DNA from: Candidatus Krumholzibacteriota bacterium
GTDB lineage: Bacteria; Krumholzibacteriota; Krumholzibacteriia; JAJRXK01
DNA: 64,000 bases
Direction: 5' to 3'
NCBI GenBank assembly: GCA_963727455.1
Contig: CAVSGG010000008.1
Span: forward strand, 352,001-416,000
Shown: in pieces, positions 37,859 to 46,692 of the stretch
How positions within the stretch are numbered: position 1 is the stretch's first letter
Layout: every line of letters starts with the position of its first letter
Position numbers and translations under genes: made by a program
The notes under the pieces: model-generated
Database searches by the model: none
Told to the model about the DNA's origin: nothing
What the model saw: the letters and a program-made list of their open reading frames with translations, nothing else

Positions 37859-39583
37859 ATGACCAGACAAGTACAAATTGAAACTCCTGTGCCGCAGGGC
37901 GCCAGAGTCGCAGGGATGCACTCCTTTGCCCGCGCTCTCGTGCCACTTTGTGTATCGTTGCTCGTCCTCTTCTTTCTGCTCTTCGCCCTTCCCTCGACCG
38001 GGATCGCACAGGACTCCACTGAGACCAGCGTCGCGCCCATGGACTCCACCGGCAGCGAGATTCCGGCCGATTCGGCGCTGCGCATCATGGAGCTCCAGGA
38101 TAAAATCAAGAAGGACCCCTACGACGGGGAGGCCCACACCGAACTCGGCATTCTCTACACGAACGAGAAGATGTTCGACGAGGCGCGCAATCAGTTCATC
38201 GCGGCCATTCAGTGCGCACCGGGAGAGCCTCTCACCCACCTGAACCTCGCGGTGGCTTTGCTCAAGATGAAAGCCTGGAAGGAAGCGATCCAACCCCTGA
38301 CCGCGTTCAGCAACCTCGCCCCGGACGACGGCCGTGGGTACATCCTGCTTGGAGACGCCTACAGCCACCTCGACCAGACCGACAAGGCCCGGGAGAACTG
38401 GGAAGCGGGACTTCGGATGCTGGGCGTGAAGGCCACGGACAAGGCCGAAATGCTCAGACGGCTGGTCAAGAGTTACGAGGACGATGGTGGCCCGGCCGCA
38501 GCGGTGGCCGAGATGGACAAGCACGAGCCCATGCTCAAGGGAGGCGACTTTGCCGACCTCCGCGCGCGCAGAGTGGGGCTCTTCATGAAACTGGCCAAGC
38601 AAGCCCAGGACGCGGGGAAAGACGACGATGCACTGCACTGGATGGCCCGGGCTCGTGGGTCCAAGTCGGCCCCGGCCACCGCATGGACGGCGGCGGCCGA
38701 GATTCTGCTCGAGAAAGACCTTCCCGATTCCGTCACGGCGCTCGCCACGGAAAATCCCAACGCTCCCGCAGGCACCAACGCATATCTGCGTGGGCGGGTG
38801 GCCGAGCAGCAAGGGGATCTGCAGACAGCGGCGAGGTATTACAAGGAGGCGCTCTCTGCCGATCCGGACTATCCGGGAGCGAGCGCGTTCCTGGGCGGCG
38901 TCCTGGCGCGTCTGGGAGACACCCACGGAGCACAGAAGGCACTGGCCCGGGCGACCTCCCGCGGCGAGGGCGGCGTCGCCACTAAGTACAATCAGGCCGT
39001 CGTACGTTCGAAGGCGGGCGATTACCGGGGCGCCATTCCTCTGCTCAACGAGGTCATCCAGAAAGATCCCTCCCTCAAGGATGCCTACCGTGCCCTGGCC
39101 GCGGCCTACCGCAAGACGGATCAGTACGAAAAGGCAGCCGAGACTTCGCAGCAGTTCCTGGACAAATTCGGTCCCTCCGCCGGGGAGATCTATCAGCTCG
39201 CGTATGCGCAATACAAGAGCGGGAACTACTCGGACGCGGCGGAAAACTACGAGATCGTCACCGCCATGGAGCCCGACAACTTCAATGCCTACTACGGGCA
39301 CGGCCAGTGCTTGATGAAGTTGGGGCGCTACGACGATGCCATTGGGTCGTTTTCTCAGGCCGTGAAACTGCGCCCGGACAACGAGATTGCGGTCTTCAAC
39401 CTGGCTTTCGCCTATCAGAAGGCGGGAAGGTACAAAGAGGCGATCGATTCCTATCTCGATGCCAGCGATCTCCGGGAGACCATCCGGTCCTACACCAACA
39501 TTGCCATCTGCTACCGGAAGCTCGGCGACAAGGATGCGGCGGACGAGTATTATGAGAAAGTCAACGCCATGAAAAAGAAGTAA
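37859..39583 (+). CDS. Exported or membrane-anchored TPR-repeat protein
   Basis: Hydrophobic N-terminal segment, many 34-aa TPR repeats; start uncertain (37847, 37859 or 37916). Confidence 0.82.
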   Translation: MTRQVQIETPVPQGARVAGMHSFARALVPLCVSLLVLFFLLFALPSTGIAQDSTETSVAPMDSTGSEIPADSALRIMELQDKIKKDPYDGEAHTELGILYTNEKMFDEARNQFIAAIQCAPGEPLTHLNLAVALLKMKAWKEAIQPLTAFSNLAPDDGRGYILLGDAYSHLDQTDKARENWEAGLRMLGVKATDKAEMLRRLVKSYEDDGGPAAAVAEMDKHEPMLKGGDFADLRARRVGLFMKLAKQAQDAGKDDDALHWMARARGSKSAPATAWTAAAEILLEKDLPDSVTALATENPNAPAGTNAYLRGRVAEQQGDLQTAARYYKEALSADPDYPGASAFLGGVLARLGDTHGAQKALARATSRGEGGVATKYNQAVVRSKAGDYRGAIPLLNEVIQKDPSLKDAYRALAAAYRKTDQYEKAAETSQQFLDKFGPSAGEIYQLAYAQYKSGNYSDAAENYEIVTAMEPDNFNAYYGHGQCLMKLGRYDDAIGSFSQAVKLRPDNEIAVFNLAFAYQKAGRYKEAIDSYLDASDLRETIRSYTNIAICYRKLGDKDAADEYYEKVNAMKKK

Positions 39584-39596
39584 CCGGAAGCAGAAG

Positions 39597-42500
39597 ATGG
39601 GCCGAATCCTCACCGCAGCTGGCGCTTTCGCAGTGGAAGAGCTCCTGCTGGCGAAGGTGGACGAGGATCAAGCGGCGGTAGCGGCCGATCCGGCTCTCCT
39701 GAGCAAGCCGCTGCGCATCCTCGTTCCCTCACGAACTCTCAAAGACCATCTCTCAGCGCGGATTTGCGAGCGTCGCGGCGGTGCGGCCGGGCTTCTCGTG
39801 CAAACCCATCTGCAGCTCGCGCTTGAACTCTTCGATGGAAATCCGCAAAGCTGGGGCAAAACTCACGACTCGCTGTTCGCGATGCTCCTTCGGCGCGAGG
39901 CGGAGGAGCATCCGCTGCTGCGCGAGATCCTGAGCGAGTTGGTGCAGGGAACCAGAGCCGTCGTCTCCTCGGCGGACGATCTCTGTCACGCGCAAATCTC
40001 GCCCGAGCTGAGCGATGCTCTCCTGGAAGCACTGGACGAACTGGAGAGCAGTGGTTCCTCGCTTCGTGCGCGCGCGGTGCTGGAGTCGACTTTCACCGCC
40101 CAGTCCAAATTCGAGAGTTTGCAGCTACTCACGAGAGACGGGCTGGTGGCGCAAGTGAGCTCGAAGCTTGCCGACAGGCAATTCCTGACGGATTGCGCGC
40201 GGGGCATTCTGATCCACGGGTACGCCGACGCGACCGGAATCGTGACCGGCTTCCTGGAGGAACTTCTGCATCATCCGAATTCCACTGCCTTCCTGGACCG
40301 TCCCGCCGATCCGGCCAAACGAGGTGAGTTCGATCTGGGGATCGAGTTTTCGCGACCCTTCGGACTCAGACTTGGCGAGAGCTTGAAGCTACCGCAGATC
40401 GGCGGAGATTTGGCGCGACTTTCAGTATTCTGCGCCACGGGTGCCCGCGGCGAAGCGCGCGAAATCGCTCGTCGACTCCGAACTCTTTTGGACGAAGAGA
40501 ACCCGCCTGCCACGGAGAGCGTGGCCATCGTCGCCCGCTCGCTCCCCCGCCACTTCCTGGACCTCACGGAAGCACTCGATGACTACGGAGTTCCCTGGCG
40601 CGCCCCCCAGGCCACGGGCAGCGTCGATGCGGCGGGGCGCAAGCTCCAGGCGCTGATGCAGTTTCTGCGACTCGCTTCGGCATTCCCGGTGGAGCGTTGG
40701 CTTGAGCTCCGGGAATACGATGGAGACTCTCTGAAGTTGCGGCTCGCCGCCGCAACTCTGGGCGCGGGGAGACTGAGGCAACTCGCGGGCATCTCCGACG
40801 AGGAAATCGCCGCACACTCCCCAGCGTTTGGGCTTCCCATTCGTGACGGACTTAAGGAAGTCAAGGAGCTTTCGCTGCGTTCCCTCGCACTGGATGCTGT
40901 GCGCGCGCTTCGAAATGACGCGCGTTCTCTCGTGGAGCGCCTACGCTCTTGGCCCAAACAACAGACGCTGCCCGAGCACGCCACCGCGCTGCGTTCCCTC
41001 GTAGAGAGTAGCCTGGCTTGGACATATGACAGCGAGAGTGCAGAGGCATTGCGACGTCTCGAGAAGCTCCTGAGCAGCTACGACATGCCGCTCGAGCTAC
41101 AACAAACGGAATTCGTTGGACTTCTCGAGGAGCGGATCGAGGAGCTGACCCACACGCAGGAGGATGGTAACGGCGGCGGCGTGCAAATTCTGGACGTCAC
41201 GAAGGCGCGTGGCCTCACCTTCTCCCGGCTCTTCGTGATCGGTCTCAACCGCGGAGCGTTTCCGTCCAGTGTAAAGGAAGACCCTCTTCTTCCCGACCGA
41301 GTCCGCACCAGACTTCGTCAGGTCTTGCCCGACTTGAAAGGCAAGCGCGAACGCGGCCGAGAGGAGCGTTTTCTGTTCGCGCAGCTGCTGTCTTCTGCCC
41401 CCGAAGTGACCCTCTCCTGGTGGACGAGCGACGATGACGGACGTCCTTTGCCCCCTTCGCCGTTCCTACAACGTCTGGGCTTGAGCTTGAACGATGAGCC
41501 GGAGTCCTCGGTCGCAAGCCAAGAGGAGTTTGAGAAATTCCGCCCACGCCCGCTCCAAGAACATCTTCTACAGGCGGGCTTGCGCGACGACGAGAAGCGC
41601 TTCGTGGCGCTATTGGCTCCCGCGCTCGTGGAGTCGGGCTGCGCCGACATCCTTCCTCCTCATCCAGAGCGCTGGGCTGAGGCAAGCCGTGCCGTGCTGA
41701 AGGAAAGGGACATGTGGCCCGGTTCCGCGTCGGACCTGGGACCCTGGATGGAGGGACCCGGGCCCTCGGCACGGCTTTGGCCCGAACTGCAATCGGGCTC
41801 GGCTTTCGTCACCAAGTTGGAAGCGCTGGCGCGGTGTCCCTGGGCCTACTTTCTCGAGAGAGTTCTGCACATTCAGCCGCTCCCTGATCCTCTCGCATCG
41901 CTTCCACTCTTGGATCGGCGGCGCGTAGGCAGCGTGGTTCACAAGACCCTGGAACGCATCGTGGAAAGGGTGGTGGGCAGTCCATCGCGGGGCGGTCTTC
42001 AGGCGCTCTGCGAGCAGCCGGCCGTCGAAGTTCCCTGGCCCGATTCCTCTCTGCTGGCGCGGATGAGCGAAGACGCGGCGTTGGAGGTTCTCCGTGAAGA
42101 GGGCTTGGCCCTGCCAGGATTGGCGCGGGCCCTGGCCACCTGTGCGCAGCCCTATCTGGACGTGTGCCGGCAGGAGCTCTTCTCGCCTTCAGCGCCCAAA
42201 GTCGTGGCCTCGGAAGTTTCCGGACGGGTCGAGCTCGTCCAAGCCGACGGGCACACGCTGCAGCTCTCCTTCCGCGCCGATCTCGCGCAGCGCCGCCAGA
42301 AAGAACTCCATCTCATCGACTTCAAGACCTCCGCTCCGTTCCTCAAGACCACCACGGACGCCTCCCGCAGGAAACACAGCTTGAACGCACTCCGCTCGGG
42401 GACCCGATTGCAGGGCATGAGTTACGCTCTCGCCGGGCAGCAAGCCACGGAGGGGGACGCTTGGGGTTCGTACCTGCATCTTCGACCCGATGCGCACGGT

Positions 42501-42818
42501 CTTCCCCCGTGGATCGACTTTCGTGCCAGCGATCGCGAAGCGTCCGATGCGTTCCGTGAAGCCGTGAAAGTCCTGTACGAAGCGCGTCTGCGCGGAAGTT
42601 TCTTCCCCCGACTAGTGGATCCAAGCGGACAAAAGGAACCAGACGCCTGCAAGTACTGCGAGGTCGCTTCGGCCTGTGTGCGTGGCGACAGCCAGAGCCG
42701 GCAGCGGGAGGTCGAAGTCTTCCTGAAGTTACGCGCCCGCCAGGCGAAGCACGAGAAGCTCACGGAGCAGGAAGAACTTCTCCTTTCCCTATGGGATCTT
42801 CCGGGAGCGAAGTCATGA
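39597..42818 (+). CDS. addB: AddB/RexB-like PD-(D/E)XK nuclease subunit
   Basis: ARGLTF..LFVIGLN.G.FP, CPWAYF, RADL...IDFKT, Fe-S staple C..C.....C; overlaps the addA start (ATGA). Confidence 0.8.
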   Translation: MGRILTAAGAFAVEELLLAKVDEDQAAVAADPALLSKPLRILVPSRTLKDHLSARICERRGGAAGLLVQTHLQLALELFDGNPQSWGKTHDSLFAMLLRREAEEHPLLREILSELVQGTRAVVSSADDLCHAQISPELSDALLEALDELESSGSSLRARAVLESTFTAQSKFESLQLLTRDGLVAQVSSKLADRQFLTDCARGILIHGYADATGIVTGFLEELLHHPNSTAFLDRPADPAKRGEFDLGIEFSRPFGLRLGESLKLPQIGGDLARLSVFCATGARGEAREIARRLRTLLDEENPPATESVAIVARSLPRHFLDLTEALDDYGVPWRAPQATGSVDAAGRKLQALMQFLRLASAFPVERWLELREYDGDSLKLRLAAATLGAGRLRQLAGISDEEIAAHSPAFGLPIRDGLKEVKELSLRSLALDAVRALRNDARSLVERLRSWPKQQTLPEHATALRSLVESSLAWTYDSESAEALRRLEKLLSSYDMPLELQQTEFVGLLEERIEELTHTQEDGNGGGVQILDVTKARGLTFSRLFVIGLNRGAFPSSVKEDPLLPDRVRTRLRQVLPDLKGKRERGREERFLFAQLLSSAPEVTLSWWTSDDDGRPLPPSPFLQRLGLSLNDEPESSVASQEEFEKFRPRPLQEHLLQAGLRDDEKRFVALLAPALVESGCADILPPHPERWAEASRAVLKERDMWPGSASDLGPWMEGPGPSARLWPELQSGSAFVTKLEALARCPWAYFLERVLHIQPLPDPLASLPLLDRRRVGSVVHKTLERIVERVVGSPSRGGLQALCEQPAVEVPWPDSSLLARMSEDAALEVLREEGLALPGLARALATCAQPYLDVCRQELFSPSAPKVVASEVSGRVELVQADGHTLQLSFRADLAQRRQKELHLIDFKTSAPFLKTTTDASRRKHSLNALRSGTRLQGMSYALAGQQATEGDAWGSYLHLRPDAHGLPPWIDFRASDREASDAFREAVKVLYEARLRGSFFPRLVDPSGQKEPDACKYCEVASACVRGDSQSRQREVEVFLKLRARQAKHEKLTEQEELLLSLWDLPGAKS

Positions 42819-45800
42819 ACCAAGGCCCGGATGCCCTGAGCGAATCGGGCGCGGAGGCTTCCCGTGCCGCCGATGCTCGCGCGCGACGCGAGGCGCAGAG
42901 TGTTTTCGAGCTTCCCTTCGTCCTGGAAGCCGGAGCCGGCACGGGAAAAACCACGGCACTGATCGCGCGGATCATCTCCTGGATCATGGGACCGGGCTGG
43001 GAGAAGCACCGCGCGCGCCTCGCCAAAGAGAGTTCAGCCCCTTCCGAAGATGAAGATCTGGCCGCATCAGTATTGGACGGTGTGGTGGCCATCACCTTCA
43101 CCGAGGCCGCGGCCGCCGAAATGGAGACACGGACGGGACAGGTCCTCGCCATTCTGGCCCGCGGGGAAACCCAGGACTTTCTCGCGCCGGACGAGTCCTG
43201 CGCGCAAGGCGAATCGAGAGCGAGGCGCGCGGAATGCTTGCTCACCAACCTGGACCATCTCCAGGTGCATACGATTCATGCCTGGTGCTCACGCATCCTG
43301 GCGCGCTTCCCCCTGGAGGCCGGGCTGCACCCCGATTTCCAGGTCGATGCCGACGGGACCTTCCGACGCGAAGCCGCGCAGGAGATCGTGGAGGAGTATC
43401 TCCACTCCGCCTACCTCCAGGACCTGAACCCTGCCTTGAGCGCGTTGGCGCGGGACGGAAAGGGACCCAATGACCTGGCGAGCGCCCTCACGGCGCTGGT
43501 CGAACTCGACGTGCGCTCCGAGGAGTTGCAGTCCCCTCCCTTCGCGCAGCGAGAACTGCAGATCTTCAACGCAAAGGTGCTCGAGATTTTGGGCCAGCTT
43601 CCCAAGGACCTGGTTCTCGCCCTCGGGAAGATCCCACGCAACAAGAACTCGGGCTGCTTCAGCCGCTGGATGACCGCGACCACCGCTGCCCTCAACACCG
43701 AACCGCCGCAATCCCGCGCGGAATTGGAGCGCTTTTTGGACAAGGCGCTGGACGAAGATCTGAAAGGGACCAAGACCAAACTCTCCCAGTGGAAGTCGGG
43801 CACATTCAACAAAGGAGAAATGGAACGAGTGGGTGATTCGGAGCGTTCCCTACTCAGGAAAGCGGCTCCATCCCTGCTCGAGCTCGTCGCTGGATTGGAA
43901 AAACTGCGTCCGCAGCTTCTAGAGGCGGCCCTTGAGACCTTGGCTCCCCTTTTGGGCGCGGTGGAAAAGCGTCTGCACGCACAGGGCGTGCTCAGCTACG
44001 AAGATCTGCTCAGCCGGACGAGAGATCTCCTGCGCGCCAGCCCACAAGTGGGTGCGCTTCTTAGAAGGGAGATCGATCAGATTCTCGTAGACGAATTCCA
44101 AGACACGAATGATTTGCAGTGCGAGATCATTCACCGCCTCGCTCTGCGCGGTGATGCGGCGGAGCGGCCGGGACTCTTCCTGGTGGGGGATCCCAAACAG
44201 AGTGTCTATGGCTGGCGGGGGGCCGACCTCTCGGCCTACGACCGCTTCGTGTCGCAGCTGGAAGAGCTGGGCATCCCTCGCCGTAGGCTGAGCGTGAATT
44301 TCCGCTCAGTGCCGCAGATCCTGGACGAGGTCAACCGCACTATCGCCCCCATCATGCAAGCCGAAAAGGAGCTGCAGCCGCCCTACCAGTACCTCTTGCC
44401 TTCCCCCTCGAACGAGGGAAGGACGGGCTACCGCAGCGTCGAACGGCGGCCCATCGAGCACTGGGTGTCCAGCTTGCCCCGGAATCTGCAGGAGGAGTCG
44501 CTGGGAAGCGGAGAGATGAGCGCGTTGGAGGCCAGAGCTTTGGCTTCCGACCTGAGCGCTCTCGCGCGGGAAGTCGGCCCCTCCTTCTGCTGGTCGAGCG
44601 TCGGCCTGCTGTTTCGCTCCGGGGGAGACCTGGAACTCTATCTGGCGGAGTTGCGTCGCGCGCGCATCCCCTACTCGGTGGAACGGGATCGGCATTACTT
44701 TCGTCGCCGCGAAATCCTCGACGCCACCGCTCTCGTGGCCGCAGTGGTGGAACCGGCCGACCATCTCTCTCTACTGACCTTCCTGCGCTCTGGCTGGGTC
44801 GGGGTTCCCGATGCCGCTCTCTTGGGCTTGTGGAGGCGGAACTTCCCACACGAGATGAGCTGCCTGAAATCGCCAGACGAGACGGCCATCGAGAAACTCA
44901 CGCAGATCATTAATGAAACGGCTGGCGAGCTCGCCCCCACCAGCTCTGCCGTCGCGCGCATCGGAGCTTGGGAAGAATGTCTGTGCCTTGCGGTACGGCA
45001 ACTCGCGAGTCTGCGTGAGTCGTTGCGCGTCGATCGGCCGGAAATATTCCTCAAGAATCTGCGCCGCTGGACGCAGGCGGAAGCGCGTGACGGTGCCCGC
45101 TACCTCGGTCTGTACCGCGTGGCGAATCTGGAACGTTTCTTCCGGCAACTGAGGGATGCCCTCTGCAGTGGCCGCGACGATGCGCGGAGCTACTTGGTCA
45201 AGCTGCGCCGTCAGATGCAGGAGGAAGCGCAAACCCAGGAAGCCAAGTTACAAGTGGGCGCGAGTGACGCCGTGCGGGTAATGAGCATTCACAAAGCGAA
45301 GGGGCTCGACTTCGAGCATGTCTACTTGCTTCAGTGTCACAAGAACCCGCGCCCGAGCCATGCGATTTGGAAGGGAACCAGAGTTCCTCAGCCGCGCCAT
45401 CACTCCGAGCTGCTGCTCATGGACTATCCCAATTTGAGCTACGCGCTCTTTGCCAACGCCTCCGAGCGGGTCGGCAGCTTCGAAAGGATCCGCTTGCTCT
45501 ACGTGGCACTCACTCGAGCCAAGCAACGTCTGGTGGTCGCGGGTGGCCGCGACGCTTCGCTCGACCCACCCTACGAGAATGCCCGGAATTTCGCCGAGCT
45601 GCTCTCGCCGCGCGCTCGCGCGGCGGGCTTTTTGGAACAAGTCGAGAACGCTCTCTCTGAGGAATCGAGTTCCTTCGTGGAGGAGATCGAAGGAGGCGAG
45701 GTGCTGTGGCGGCTCCTCCCGAACGCGGACCTGCCTCAGCAAGCTACCCCAGAGACGGAGGCCGCACCGCGAGCTTTGACTCTCGAGCAGATCCTGCGCG

Positions 45801-46489
45801 ACGGCGAACGCCTGGCGCAGTTGCGCCAAGGCGCGAAGGAGCGTCGCGCGCGACCCTACCACCGCGCCGCTTCCTCCTTGGAGCTGGACAGCGGACCGGC
45901 GCAGCCCGCGGAGGAGGCCCCGCTCGCCGCGCCTTCGCCCGAGGCTGGCGACGCGCGCGCGGCTGCGAAAGCGGCGGGAAGCGCGATTCACGCCGCGCTG
46001 CAGCACTACGCCTTTTCCCTGTCCGAGGAGGACGCCTTCGAGGATATGCGCTCCACTGCCGAGGCCACGCTGCCCCGGCTGGTGGCGCCCGAACAGCTGG
46101 ACGAGGCACGCGCGCTCTGTGCTTCCATCCTGGATTGTCTGCACGGTTCCGAGCTCCTACACCGTCTGCGCGGGCTGGAGAAACTCGTGCTCGGACGTGA
46201 GGTTCCGATCTTGACTTCAGCCCCACTCGACCACACCCCTGCTCCTCTGGGCTTTTGCCCTGGATTCGTCGACCTACTGTACCGAGATCCCACCACGGGC
46301 GAAGTCGTCGTGGCAGACTACAAGACCGACCGCTTGCAGGGGCCGCTGCAACTGAAGCAGCGCGCTCGCCACTACGAGCAGCAGGGTCGGATCTACTGCC
46401 GCGCTCTGAAAGAGACCCTGGGGCCCGAGCAAGGAGTGCGTTTCGAGCTCTGGTTTCTGCGCTACGATCAGATCGAGAGGATCAGCTGA
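42815..46489 (+). CDS. addA: AddA/RecB-like UvrD helicase-nuclease
   Basis: EAGAGTGKT, ITFTEAAA.EM, VDEFQDT, VGDPKQSVY, SIHKAKGLDF, YVALTRA, C-terminal G.VDL...ADYKT. Confidence 0.88.
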   Translation: MNQGPDALSESGAEASRAADARARREAQSVFELPFVLEAGAGTGKTTALIARIISWIMGPGWEKHRARLAKESSAPSEDEDLAASVLDGVVAITFTEAAAAEMETRTGQVLAILARGETQDFLAPDESCAQGESRARRAECLLTNLDHLQVHTIHAWCSRILARFPLEAGLHPDFQVDADGTFRREAAQEIVEEYLHSAYLQDLNPALSALARDGKGPNDLASALTALVELDVRSEELQSPPFAQRELQIFNAKVLEILGQLPKDLVLALGKIPRNKNSGCFSRWMTATTAALNTEPPQSRAELERFLDKALDEDLKGTKTKLSQWKSGTFNKGEMERVGDSERSLLRKAAPSLLELVAGLEKLRPQLLEAALETLAPLLGAVEKRLHAQGVLSYEDLLSRTRDLLRASPQVGALLRREIDQILVDEFQDTNDLQCEIIHRLALRGDAAERPGLFLVGDPKQSVYGWRGADLSAYDRFVSQLEELGIPRRRLSVNFRSVPQILDEVNRTIAPIMQAEKELQPPYQYLLPSPSNEGRTGYRSVERRPIEHWVSSLPRNLQEESLGSGEMSALEARALASDLSALAREVGPSFCWSSVGLLFRSGGDLELYLAELRRARIPYSVERDRHYFRRREILDATALVAAVVEPADHLSLLTFLRSGWVGVPDAALLGLWRRNFPHEMSCLKSPDETAIEKLTQIINETAGELAPTSSAVARIGAWEECLCLAVRQLASLRESLRVDRPEIFLKNLRRWTQAEARDGARYLGLYRVANLERFFRQLRDALCSGRDDARSYLVKLRRQMQEEAQTQEAKLQVGASDAVRVMSIHKAKGLDFEHVYLLQCHKNPRPSHAIWKGTRVPQPRHHSELLLMDYPNLSYALFANASERVGSFERIRLLYVALTRAKQRLVVAGGRDASLDPPYENARNFAELLSPRARAAGFLEQVENALSEESSSFVEEIEGGEVLWRLLPNADLPQQATPETEAAPRALTLEQILRDGERLAQLRQGAKERRARPYHRAASSLELDSGPAQPAEEAPLAAPSPEAGDARAAAKAAGSAIHAALQHYAFSLSEEDAFEDMRSTAEATLPRLVAPEQLDEARALCASILDCLHGSELLHRLRGLEKLVLGREVPILTSAPLDHTPAPLGFCPGFVDLLYRDPTTGEVVVADYKTDRLQGPLQLKQRARHYEQQGRIYCRALKETLGPEQGVRFELWFLRYDQIERIS

Positions 46490-46692
46490 CCGATCGCGCG
46501 TTTGGTGGGACCCTGCACGGCGCAAAGGTGCCGCTTTGGGTTGAAATTCCCTTGCGTGCCCTATCTGAGCGCCGATCATTGGACCAGATGGGGCTTTGAC
46601 TGCGGTTGAAGCTTCCTCCCTGCTGTGGCAGAATCCTACGATTCCTGCCGCTCCAGACCGGACGATCTCTCCTTTACGTCAGAGGTATCATC

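Noticed and set aside
37562-39613. 683-aa antisense ORF, and similar long shadow ORFs such as 4078-5250 +, 56861-58243 + and 360-1202 +
   Set aside because: They lie opposite well-supported genes, show no motifs, and are expected from high-GC codon bias.
39597-46489. Helicase-nuclease pair as a possible defence system
   Set aside because: Gene order, motifs and the Fe-S staple fit ordinary AddAB repair, and the flanking genes are housekeeping.
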